Shown here piece by piece: positions 37,687-46,191 of a stretch of 64,000 nucleotides of DNA; position 1 is the stretch's first letter, and every line of letters starts with the position of its first letter. The position numbers were made by a program, and so were the translations under genes. The notes beneath the pieces are model-generated. The model saw only the letters and a list, made by a program, of their open reading frames with translations. It was not told the DNA's origin and did no database searches. This stretch comes from an uncultured virus (IMG/VR IMGVR_UViG_3300042569_002633) (taxonomy: Duplodnaviria; Heunggongvirae; Uroviricota; Caudoviricetes): the IMG/VR virus record IMGVR_UViG_3300042569_002633; one strand, given 5' to 3'.

Positions 37687-38493
37687 TTAATTCCACTGTA
37701 GGAAATAACTAGGGGTGTTCTCACCATTGATCATATCCATGACCTCCTGTAACTCTTCGGTTCCGGCACTAATGACGTCCGTTGCATTTACTTGAACCCC
37801 TCCAGGAAGGTTATAATTAAATGTTCCGAGCATTCTTCCTAAAGCTATCTTGGACTTAGCGATACAATATCTAACAAACAATTCGTCATCGAAAAGATAC
37901 TCGTCACCTATTTTAACAAAACATCTCACATATAGATCGTATCCGCCATTCCCGCTCGAAAATCCTTGAGCTAACTGTGAATTAGAATTACTATTTGAAC
38001 CCCCTACTCCTGATCTATTTGGATCACGTCCTTGAATGGTAAGTCTCTTTGAGTTCTTATTCCATTTGAAAGCATAGGTAGCTAGTAGATAAGCCTTAGC
38101 CAAATCAAAATAGGAGTACATAACTGTTCTATAAACAAGATTATCACCAATAAAAGGAGATAGCAGCAGTTCGGAACCAAGGAGTTTAGAATCACCAAAA
38201 TCCTTATCTGGATTACCACTAACACCCGCTCCACCCACGTCTCTAACTTCATATACTGATACAATCGAATCAGGGAGTGTCAGTTGTCTAGTTGCCCTCC
38301 ATTCAGGATGTGCAAAAACAGCTTTACCAATTATGAACATTCTATCCTCCACAGAATATTGATAGTTATCATAGAACCAATCCTTGGCTCTCTTTATAAT
38401 CCTTCTAACCTCCTGCTCATTAAGGGAATAAGGAAGGCCGCAGCTGAAATTAAGCGCGTCTGTAATTTCTTGTATTAATTCTGTTTCGGTCAT
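37687..38493 (-). CDS. gp13: neck/head-tail adaptor protein, T4 gp13-like
   Basis: C-terminal ALGRMLGTF..NLPGGVQVN...GTEELQE matches the gp13 LPGGV motif; 268 aa. Confidence 0.8.
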   Translation of the reverse strand: MTETELIQEITDALNFSCGLPYSLNEQEVRRIIKRAKDWFYDNYQYSVEDRMFIIGKAVFAHPEWRATRQLTLPDSIVSVYEVRDVGGAGVSGNPDKDFGDSKLLGSELLLSPFIGDNLVYRTVMYSYFDLAKAYLLATYAFKWNKNSKRLTIQGRDPNRSGVGGSNSNSNSQLAQGFSSGNGGYDLYVRCFVKIGDEYLFDDELFVRYCIAKSKIALGRMLGTFNYNLPGGVQVNATDVISAGTEELQEVMDMINGENTPSYFLQWN

Positions 38494-38501
38494 GGTGAAG
38501 T

Positions 38502-39908
38502 TTAATAATTCATATCGCCAAATTTGGCTCCTTTATATTTATCGTTTAGGTCCTGAAGTCTTTTATCAGTTATGAATCTTTCATTTCTAACTTCGTTCCA
38601 TCCCTTGACTTTTTTAGTGTCCTTACTCAGTTCAGCATACTCCCCAAGTATACCTGCTCTTAGCACTCCGCCAGCAATCTCGCAATTGATAGATTTTTGT
38701 TCGCAGTTTATGTAGCAGTCCTTAAGCTTGTTGGTAGGTTCAACAGAGCATGCTTCTATTCTAGAATTAAGAACATCTGTACCTCTTACTAGGTAGCATT
38801 CATCTAGATTTGATTTGTTAATCTTAGAATCGTATATGTTGCACTTCTTTAAATAAGAACCCTTTATATCGCAATCGATCACATCGAAATCGTAGATCTC
38901 AAAAGAATTTCTAGACCTTGCACCTTTAAGTTGGCATCTCCCTGTGGATGTGTCATAATTAAAAAAGCAATCTGTTATACCGCCTTCTATAACAAGATCA
39001 AATACCTTATCCCTGATTGCAGGGAAATATGTTCTTAGGTTACCGTCAAATCCCTTGAGGTCTATAAATACCTTGAAGTCGGGATAATATCTAAGAAAAA
39101 GTTCAGGCTTAGAGAAGCATTTTACAACATTAGCATAATCCTTCATCATTGATTTTAGCTTATCTAGGTCCTCCTTACTATAGCCTCCCATTCTTTTGCT
39201 AACTATATCATAGAGATACAGAATGGTATATTCAACAACCTCTCTGATTGGCTCTATCTTTTTCTGATAATCCTTACCACCTAAATACCTGAACTCCAAA
39301 TATCCATCAGGAGCCTTTGTGAAATTCACACCATAGTACTTGTCACTAGGTGTCTTAAACATCATTGGGTCTATAGTGCTAATATTCTCCAATATCATGT
39401 ATCTACTTCTGGGTAAAACCCTTTTTATAGATTTAGCATAGACATTCTTTGTTCTGTTACCAAACTTAGAATAAATGAAATTCTCGTCAATACCAAGGAT
39501 GAACTTTAAATGATCCATCGTTTGTATCGCATTTTTAAGATTGGCCCTCTCGGGGTTAAAACTAACTGAGAATTGGAAAGCGCATTTATCACTTGTCCAT
39601 CCATTTTCGTCTATCCATTTTAGGACCTTGATCATAACAGGTATAGCCTCGTTATAACTCATTGGGCCAGTAACAAGTTCTAACATACTTATACCGCCCG
39701 AGTAATCCGGCTCTAACTTGAATCTCTCCCTGTTAACCGGTATATCCGAGTGGTATTTATTAGATACATCTACTTTTTTACCGAGAAGTTTCGAAAGAGC
39801 ATCAGCAGCTCTTCCTTTGGTAACATTGGAAAAGAATTCAAATTCAAACCCAACATCAGACAAAGAAAGGGCCTGAGCTTTTTCAAAATGGTTTCTATTA
39901 TCCTTCAT
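38502..39908 (-). CDS. putative amidoligase (COOH-NH2 ligase type 2) with a C-terminal beta-helix-like repeat
   Basis: GFEFE, EPDYS, ELVTGP, KYYGVNF and YLEFR motifs; the usual HxH is replaced by QFS. Confidence 0.7.
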   Translation of the reverse strand: MKDNRNHFEKAQALSLSDVGFEFEFFSNVTKGRAADALSKLLGKKVDVSNKYHSDIPVNRERFKLEPDYSGGISMLELVTGPMSYNEAIPVMIKVLKWIDENGWTSDKCAFQFSVSFNPERANLKNAIQTMDHLKFILGIDENFIYSKFGNRTKNVYAKSIKRVLPRSRYMILENISTIDPMMFKTPSDKYYGVNFTKAPDGYLEFRYLGGKDYQKKIEPIREVVEYTILYLYDIVSKRMGGYSKEDLDKLKSMMKDYANVVKCFSKPELFLRYYPDFKVFIDLKGFDGNLRTYFPAIRDKVFDLVIEGGITDCFFNYDTSTGRCQLKGARSRNSFEIYDFDVIDCDIKGSYLKKCNIYDSKINKSNLDECYLVRGTDVLNSRIEACSVEPTNKLKDCYINCEQKSINCEIAGGVLRAGILGEYAELSKDTKKVKGWNEVRNERFITDKRLQDLNDKYKGAKFGDMNY

Positions 39909-41067
39909 TTATGGATTTAGCAAATATTTTTCCTGTGTGAACGTCTATCTTCCATATTAATATTTCAATAGGATCACCAGTCTTAGCATTTCTATCGCCT
40001 TTACCCAAATGCTCGGAACTTATAAATGCCATTAGACCAATATCGCTTATCTCTATAAGCACTCCATTTTTTCTTTTGTGCTTAATGAGAGCTTGCATTG
40101 GCTCTATTGTGCCTTCCTCGACACGAGTCTCAATATCATAAAGGATTACGTTTCTTTCTAAGGGTCTATCTAGTGTTAGAGTCAATTTATTGTTCTCTTT
40201 AATCTCCTTCACATAGAATTCTATCTCGTCACCTGAACAAAGTTTGGACAATTCATCGTCACTCTCGAACTCGCTCTTATGGATCAAGCCAGTATAGATC
40301 TCCTCCCACTCAACAAAAACTCCAAATGGGCTTGTTCCAGTGATGGAGCCTTTATATTTCCTGGTTAGATCAAGCTCTTGAATCTTCTGCTCCATAATCT
40401 TGGAAATATACTTCTTGTAAGAAACAATGAAGGTATCTTTTGCCTCTATATAGCCTTCCATCATTACGTGTATATCCTTTCCAATATAAGATTCGAAATC
40501 CTTGATCTTATTAGCTGCAGCCAAGGATCCAGGCATGAAACACTTAATACCACAAAGATCGACAATATATCCACCTTTATTTATGCTTTCAACCCTTACT
40601 TTATAAGCTGTAGTTTCTTTTTTGATTTGATCGAAAAGTTCAGACTTTAGGGTCTTTATATAATGCTCAACAACAGATCCAAGATATCCCTTAGGAGTTT
40701 TTCTAACATGAGCTTCTATTCTACTACCTACTGTAAAATCAATACCCTCGATATTTAATTTTTCAGCATCCCTTCTTTCCTTCTTCAGGTCGATATAAAT
40801 TGTTTGTCCTGAGTCAGTCTGGGCAAAAGCCTCTTCTTCAGTTAAAGCAACAATTTTACAAGGGTACATCCTGCCATCAACTAGATCCTTAGCTAGATCA
40901 TTCCAATCTAGTCCTTCAGAATGCTTAGCGTATGCCGCAGCGAGTTCTTCAGCATAATCAGCATGACAATAAATAGTCATCCCGTGATTATTCTTAATTT
41001 TTTTATTAGGCTTAAATCCGTTTGAATTTTCCCAACTGAATTCTTCATTTTCGAATTCTTGATACAT
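39898..41067 (-). CDS. rpsA: ribosomal protein S1 homolog (about four S1/OB domains)
   Basis: VESINKGGYIVDLCGIKCFMPGSL and GSITGTSPFGVFVEWEEIYTGLIHKSE are S1 repeats. ATG 41067 preferred. Confidence 0.8.
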   Translation of the reverse strand: MYQEFENEEFSWENSNGFKPNKKIKNNHGMTIYCHADYAEELAAAYAKHSEGLDWNDLAKDLVDGRMYPCKIVALTEEEAFAQTDSGQTIYIDLKKERRDAEKLNIEGIDFTVGSRIEAHVRKTPKGYLGSVVEHYIKTLKSELFDQIKKETTAYKVRVESINKGGYIVDLCGIKCFMPGSLAAANKIKDFESYIGKDIHVMMEGYIEAKDTFIVSYKKYISKIMEQKIQELDLTRKYKGSITGTSPFGVFVEWEEIYTGLIHKSEFESDDELSKLCSGDEIEFYVKEIKENNKLTLTLDRPLERNVILYDIETRVEEGTIEPMQALIKHKRKNGVLIEISDIGLMAFISSEHLGKGDRNAKTGDPIEILIWKIDVHTGKIFAKSINEG

Positions 41068-41105
41068 CAATTTTAGTTTTAAATGGTTAATATTAGTTTC
41101 TTATG

Positions 41106-41113
41106 TATATATC
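41106..41113 (-). promoter_or_regulatory. putative late promoter GATATATA
   Basis: Recurrent octamer upstream of the S1 homolog. Confidence 0.65.
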
Positions 41114-41126
41114 AGATAGCAAAAGT

Positions 41127-43055
41127 TTAAAATACAAGCAAAACAAATCCAGGGGTCGGAACGGTTGCAGGTCCTGCCTGAGTCGATCCAGTATATAAAA
41201 ACTTCAAAGAAAGCAAATGTAATGCAAAAGAAACTGCGAGTTTAGTTGAAACCGCTTTAGAAACTAGATTTTGGCTCTTTGTTGCTTCTAGCAAGGCCTT
41301 CTGTGATTCTATAAGGGAAAGAAGAGCTTTAAATTCTTCAGATTCGATAGAATTGGAAAGCGAAGCTGCTTTTTCTACAAGCCCATTTGGATCTAATTCA
41401 GGATTAAAGACGGGATTCAATCCTGCATTAAAAGACAGTCTCAATTTATTAGCAAGCGTAAACGGAAGACCTGGAAAAATTATAGTAAAAAGTCCAGGCG
41501 CTGGTATGCTAGCAGGAAGTACCGGCGGATTGGCTGCAAAGCAAGTAGGAACCAATCCCAATATAGTCCAATATAGGACCACACTAGATGACATAACTAG
41601 ATAAGGATCGCTCTTAGACATAAGATCAGCTATCTTAGCATCCAATCCGAAATTTATCAACTTTTGTTGGAAGTCAGCGGACAGAGATCCTAGTACACCA
41701 TTAATTGAATCTTTTGCGCTTTTTACAGCATCCTGCTCCTGTACAGCAGCGGACGGATAAATTGGCCCGCCAGGAGGAAATCTATATGACTCGTTTTGAC
41801 TTTCGGCTGGGTAACCATTCTGTCCAAAAACTTTATTTATAGTGAATCTTTCCTGAGATCTACTAGATAAATCAGTTACCACTACGCTTAAATCCTCAGA
41901 TCCATTTAATGTAAACCTTATGTCAATTACCGGTGTACCAGCAAGGCCATATTGTATGTTATTAAGGGTAACGTCCCGTAATACAGAAACATCGCTTCCC
42001 GCTTTTATTGCAATTTTAAATTGGACCTCCTTCTGAAAATCACCTACTGTAGTCACGGATCGAGAACTAACGGTAGGAAAAACAGAATTCTCTTCTATTA
42101 TAGATATAAAATTTTCACCGTCCGAGGATATTCCTAGAGAAGAAGGAGTTGTCTTGGCTGAGTCGGAAAATGTCTCATCTGATGCATTTGCCAAACTCTT
42201 AGAAATATAAGGTGTTATTATCTCTATCCATTTCTGTAGTTCTGTAGAATAAAGACTTAGAAATATATTATCTATATCGTTTCTAACTGCCTGGGTTCCA
42301 CTGTCTGATCCCGTGTTTGCTCTTACCGCTTGATCCAATCTATCCTTTCTATCGTCATTTAGAGTTTTTACAAGATAGCTATATAGGTCATTAAAGGTTA
42401 AAGCTCCAATACCCCTAGAATTTATCTCATCCTGAGCATCCTCTTTCGCATCCTCCCTATCGTATGTTAATATCGTATTGATACCGGGGAGAAATCCGTA
42501 CCTAGCTATACCGCTCTTAGCTTTTTGTAATGTGTTACCAAATATAGAAACCTTCGTATTACCTATGTTATTAAAATCTACTTTAGCTTTATAGTTAAAT
42601 ATCTTGGTTGATTCTTTGCCGTCCGTCTCATGTAGGAAAAAATTCCAAGTACCATTTTTTCTAATATCCTCAAGATCGTCCTGGGATACTAGATTAAATA
42701 TATCGTCTATGGATTGATCCTGAACCTGAGGCTGTTCTTTAAAAGCCTTTTGCTCCTCCTCGGAAGGTATGGGGCTGGACCCATCGAAATATTTCTCGTC
42801 TCCCTGTAACTGTTTGAAAGTTTTCTGTGAGTTCTGTAGAAGAAAAAAGCCAAGTCCAAATCCAAGATCTAATATAGGCTTGAAGCTCTGTGCTAAATTA
42901 CCATTTAAAGCATTTCCTGCGGGAATAGCCTTAGCACCTTTTATGGTATTAACATAATATTCAGATAGTTTTTTGCCGGTCTGAAAGGGACCGCTAGATT
43001 GGTTAGAAGATAAAAAGTTAGAAAAATCCGTTATAAATTGCTGCCAATTAGCCAT
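41127..43055 (-). CDS. baseplate-region protein containing an Hsp70 substrate-binding (SBD-beta) domain
   Basis: 642 aa directly after the spike gene; internal TTPSSLGI...GTPVIDIRFTLNGSEDLSVVVTDLSSRSQERFTI aligns by eye with the DnaK SBD. Confidence 0.65.
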   Translation of the reverse strand: MANWQQFITDFSNFLSSNQSSGPFQTGKKLSEYYVNTIKGAKAIPAGNALNGNLAQSFKPILDLGFGLGFFLLQNSQKTFKQLQGDEKYFDGSSPIPSEEEQKAFKEQPQVQDQSIDDIFNLVSQDDLEDIRKNGTWNFFLHETDGKESTKIFNYKAKVDFNNIGNTKVSIFGNTLQKAKSGIARYGFLPGINTILTYDREDAKEDAQDEINSRGIGALTFNDLYSYLVKTLNDDRKDRLDQAVRANTGSDSGTQAVRNDIDNIFLSLYSTELQKWIEIITPYISKSLANASDETFSDSAKTTPSSLGISSDGENFISIIEENSVFPTVSSRSVTTVGDFQKEVQFKIAIKAGSDVSVLRDVTLNNIQYGLAGTPVIDIRFTLNGSEDLSVVVTDLSSRSQERFTINKVFGQNGYPAESQNESYRFPPGGPIYPSAAVQEQDAVKSAKDSINGVLGSLSADFQQKLINFGLDAKIADLMSKSDPYLVMSSSVVLYWTILGLVPTCFAANPPVLPASIPAPGLFTIIFPGLPFTLANKLRLSFNAGLNPVFNPELDPNGLVEKAASLSNSIESEEFKALLSLIESQKALLEATKSQNLVSKAVSTKLAVSFALHLLSLKFLYTGSTQAGPATVPTPGFVLLVF

Positions 43056-43057
43056 CC

Positions 43058-43738
43058 TTACCTAGTTTTAGTGATGAAACTCAATTGAGCTGTTGTCATC
43101 GGTGAAGCAGGAGGGGAGGATGGTCCTGCTGGTGTAGCATGTGTGTGCTGATTAAAGAAGCTTAAAAATGTATCACCAAGTATAACCTTTTCCAATGTAC
43201 TAGTACCGCTACCTAGTTCTATATTTCCAGATTCTATGATAACTTTGCTATTCTCCATTCTAATCTCATCGTCACCCATTTTTACAACCACCCTAAGCTG
43301 ACCACCATTCTGTGTGTCCAGTTGTATTTTTGCATTATCTAATTCAAAAACAACACCATCCTTATACGTATAGTACATATGCAAAGGACCTGGTTTTGCC
43401 TCGGAATCATATATTAAATAGTTTGCACCAGTGTAACAGTTATCCTCCTGCATCTTATCCAAAAGATCACTAGATATCTCCTTAATGTAGTGATAGGTAA
43501 TCTTATAGTAATTATTCTCCTCGAAGTGAACCGCTACAACAGCTCCCAATCTAGGTATAGTCAGGTTACCCCCTCCGCCACCTCCGCCAAAAGATAATCC
43601 AGCGATTTGTTCTGCCCAAGGGAGATCCTCTACTGCAACATCATCGAAAAATCCAAAAGCACGGATTTTTGCCCTAGCCTCTTTTAGAGGATCATCTATG
43701 TCTACTATTATCCCCAGTAGGGTTCTTTCACTTGGCAT
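43058..43738 (-). CDS. gp5: baseplate central spike (gp5 OB-fold / P2 gpV-like)
   Basis: GIIVDIDDP...RAKIR...LPWA...IPRLGAVVAVHF OB-fold and a C-terminal HTH (His-x-His) metal-binding tip; no lysozyme domain. Confidence 0.8.
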   Translation of the reverse strand: MPSERTLLGIIVDIDDPLKEARAKIRAFGFFDDVAVEDLPWAEQIAGLSFGGGGGGGNLTIPRLGAVVAVHFEENNYYKITYHYIKEISSDLLDKMQEDNCYTGANYLIYDSEAKPGPLHMYYTYKDGVVFELDNAKIQLDTQNGGQLRVVVKMGDDEIRMENSKVIIESGNIELGSGTSTLEKVILGDTFLSFFNQHTHATPAGPSSPPASPMTTAQLSFITKTR

Positions 43739-43740
43739 AG

Positions 43741-46155
43741 TTACATTTCAAAATCAGACTCTGGTGAATTAAAGTCACCTAAGCTTATATTATACTTATC
43801 AACAGGCTTCAAGTTTCCTAGAGTTAGATCCTTCTGTGATATAATTTTCTCCAAAACAAAATCCTCTACAGTTTTAGGATAAACCCTACCTATCGCATTA
43901 TCATTAGGTGCCTGTAAATTACCGATACCAGAATAAACATCACCAATTGAATTTGGTGAATTTGTCGCAGGTGGGACCGGAGGATAAACATCTCCAATTG
44001 AATTTGGTGCATTTGTCGCAGGTGGAACTGGTGGATAAACGTCATAGGATCCTAAATCACTATTAGCATTCGGAACATTAGGTGGATATACTTTTTCATT
44101 GATATCCGATTCTCTTGTCCCCAAGTTTGGTGGATAAACTTCCTCCCTAAAAGGAGGATATAGCCTATCTGGAACACCTAAATCAGCTCCCGGAACATCA
44201 GAATAAACATCATCTCTTAACGATGGACTATATAGACGTCCAGGAACACCCAAATCCTCACCAGGTACTCCATTATATGCATCACCCTCAGCTGGCGGAT
44301 AGACTCTACCAGGACCACCTAAATCTTTTCCGGGTACATCAGGATAGAAGTCGCCATCCGAAGGTGGGTATACTCTATCAGGACCACCTAAATCCTCGCC
44401 TGGTACTTTATCATAAACGTCGCTGTCCACTACGGGATAAACCCTATCAGGTACTCCTAAATCAGGTCCAGGAACGTTGTTGTATGAATCAGATCCTCCA
44501 GTTGCATCTGGATAAACCCTATCTGGTACACCAAGATCTCTTCCTGGTACATTACGATAAACATCGCTTTGCCCGCCTACCTCAGTCGGATACACCCTGC
44601 TAATTGTCTCGTTAGTGCTGACGCCAAGATCCTGTCCAGGAACCCTTCTGTAAACGTCACCTTCACCTGAGTTAGAGGGAGGACCATATACTCTATCGGG
44701 AGGTCCACCGAATCCAGTTGTCTGAGGGTTCGGTAAAGGTCGATCCAGATTTCTTAGACTAAGTTCTGAATTAGTAACCTGATCTAAGAAATTTTGGGCA
44801 GAGTTATAACTCAGATCGCTAAGAATCTGTGATGGATTCAGGGAGTAAATATTACCCAATAGAGTCTGATCCAGTCCGGAAAGAGCTGGATTTAGGTACT
44901 CTGCAACACCCTCGTTTATAAAATCATCTACTGTGTTGCTCAGAAAGTTAGTTAAAAGCTCTCCTGCTATACCTAAAGCCCCACCTGTTGTTGTTGGATC
45001 CTGCATAACAGAACTCTTTGATTGATCCCACCCGTCCGATAGTACAAGAGGGTTTTGATCACTTCTAATATTCGGAAATTGATACTTGGTTCTCACCCTT
45101 CCGACATGTACTTTGAAATTATACCCGATAGGTGTAGCAGACTCAGTCCCAGCATTTATCGATGTAGGCACAGATGTGGAATCATCAAAATCAAACTCGC
45201 AATTACTGCACTCTATTATCAACATAGGTTTTATCCCCGATTGATCACTCTGATTTCTAAATAAACTAAGATCACCGTCAAGACCAGAGTTATCTATAAC
45301 ATTACCGAGTAAGCCACCAAAAGCACTGGGGGTCTGAGAGGGATCAGATCCATAGGACTGATTAAAAGAATTAGCGGTATCAGCCGAATTTGTAGACCCG
45401 GGATTGTTGTTATTACCCACCAGGCTGGATAGGTTGCTTATCGTAGTTAAAGCTGCAGAAGATGCAATAAGTCTAGATGTTTTAAAGAAATTTCTTATCT
45501 CCGTAACAAATATGTACATCTTGAATCTTCTCAAGTTTCTAGGAACGGTTTCCCTCATGTAATCAGCATCGAATGTTGCTTGTTTATACATTTCTCCCAG
45601 AGCTGTCATTCTCTGATTTAAAGATTCGAGACAGTTAAATACTAGCGGTTTACCGGAGGTTCTTGATGGGTTAAAGCCGGTTTCTGCACCACCGATGTAT
45701 CCAGTTCTAGCCACTTTAACTAGAGCATCTAATCCATCTATAGATTGCAGGAACCAGGGATAATTGTCCAGTAGATCCTTAAGAGAAACTGAAAATTGAT
45801 TCAACATATCAGCTCTTTTACCACCAGACCCGTTGAAGAATTGGCTTTCTCTTTGCCTTAGATAACCCTGTGCGGAGTAAAAGGACACATTCTGACTTCC
45901 TTTAACGGAGTAAGCTGGCTGCCCGAATGGATTTGAACTGAAAAATCCGCTATTACCGGATTGGAATGAATAATTATCCTTTCTAAAAAGAGGACTAGGC
46001 GGTTGGCCAAACTCGGCATCGATAGGAAGATTTCCGAAGTCTATCACAACCTTAAACCCAAGGTATGTAGGGTCTTCGAATTTGCCCTGTTCTGATAGCT
46101 TAAATCCTTTTAGAAATAAACTCCTGAGTTGATCTGTTGTTCCCGGCCAAGCCAT
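43741..46155 (-). CDS. baseplate hub-region protein with a Pro-rich tandem repeat tail
   Basis: 804 aa between hub and spike genes; C-terminal DxYxxVPGxDLGxPxRxY repeats. Confidence 0.6.
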   Translation of the reverse strand: MAWPGTTDQLRSLFLKGFKLSEQGKFEDPTYLGFKVVIDFGNLPIDAEFGQPPSPLFRKDNYSFQSGNSGFFSSNPFGQPAYSVKGSQNVSFYSAQGYLRQRESQFFNGSGGKRADMLNQFSVSLKDLLDNYPWFLQSIDGLDALVKVARTGYIGGAETGFNPSRTSGKPLVFNCLESLNQRMTALGEMYKQATFDADYMRETVPRNLRRFKMYIFVTEIRNFFKTSRLIASSAALTTISNLSSLVGNNNNPGSTNSADTANSFNQSYGSDPSQTPSAFGGLLGNVIDNSGLDGDLSLFRNQSDQSGIKPMLIIECSNCEFDFDDSTSVPTSINAGTESATPIGYNFKVHVGRVRTKYQFPNIRSDQNPLVLSDGWDQSKSSVMQDPTTTGGALGIAGELLTNFLSNTVDDFINEGVAEYLNPALSGLDQTLLGNIYSLNPSQILSDLSYNSAQNFLDQVTNSELSLRNLDRPLPNPQTTGFGGPPDRVYGPPSNSGEGDVYRRVPGQDLGVSTNETISRVYPTEVGGQSDVYRNVPGRDLGVPDRVYPDATGGSDSYNNVPGPDLGVPDRVYPVVDSDVYDKVPGEDLGGPDRVYPPSDGDFYPDVPGKDLGGPGRVYPPAEGDAYNGVPGEDLGVPGRLYSPSLRDDVYSDVPGADLGVPDRLYPPFREEVYPPNLGTRESDINEKVYPPNVPNANSDLGSYDVYPPVPPATNAPNSIGDVYPPVPPATNSPNSIGDVYSGIGNLQAPNDNAIGRVYPKTVEDFVLEKIISQKDLTLGNLKPVDKYNISLGDFNSPESDFEM
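43933..44700. repeat. intragenic tandem repeats
   Basis: A near-identical 51-bp duplication (43933-43983 / 43984-44034) plus seven degenerate units of about 23-30 codons encoding DxYxxVPGxDLG. Confidence 0.85.
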
Positions 46156-46172
46156 TTAATTAATTTTTTCTA

Positions 46173-46180
46173 TATTTATC
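46173..46180 (-). promoter_or_regulatory. putative late promoter GATAAATA
   Basis: Intergenic octamer upstream of ATG 46155. Confidence 0.6.
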
Positions 46181-46191
46181 GACCAGTGCTA

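Noticed and set aside
41127..43055. A full dnaK gene or pseudogene
   Set aside because: No Hsp70 ATPase motifs (GIDLGTT, DLGGGT) are visible; only the SBD-beta segment matches and the ORF is intact.
43933..44700. Repeat array as a CRISPR array or a diversity-generating retroelement repeat
   Set aside because: The repeats are in frame, conserved mainly at protein level with synonymous changes, have no unique spacers, and no cas or reverse transcriptase gene is present.
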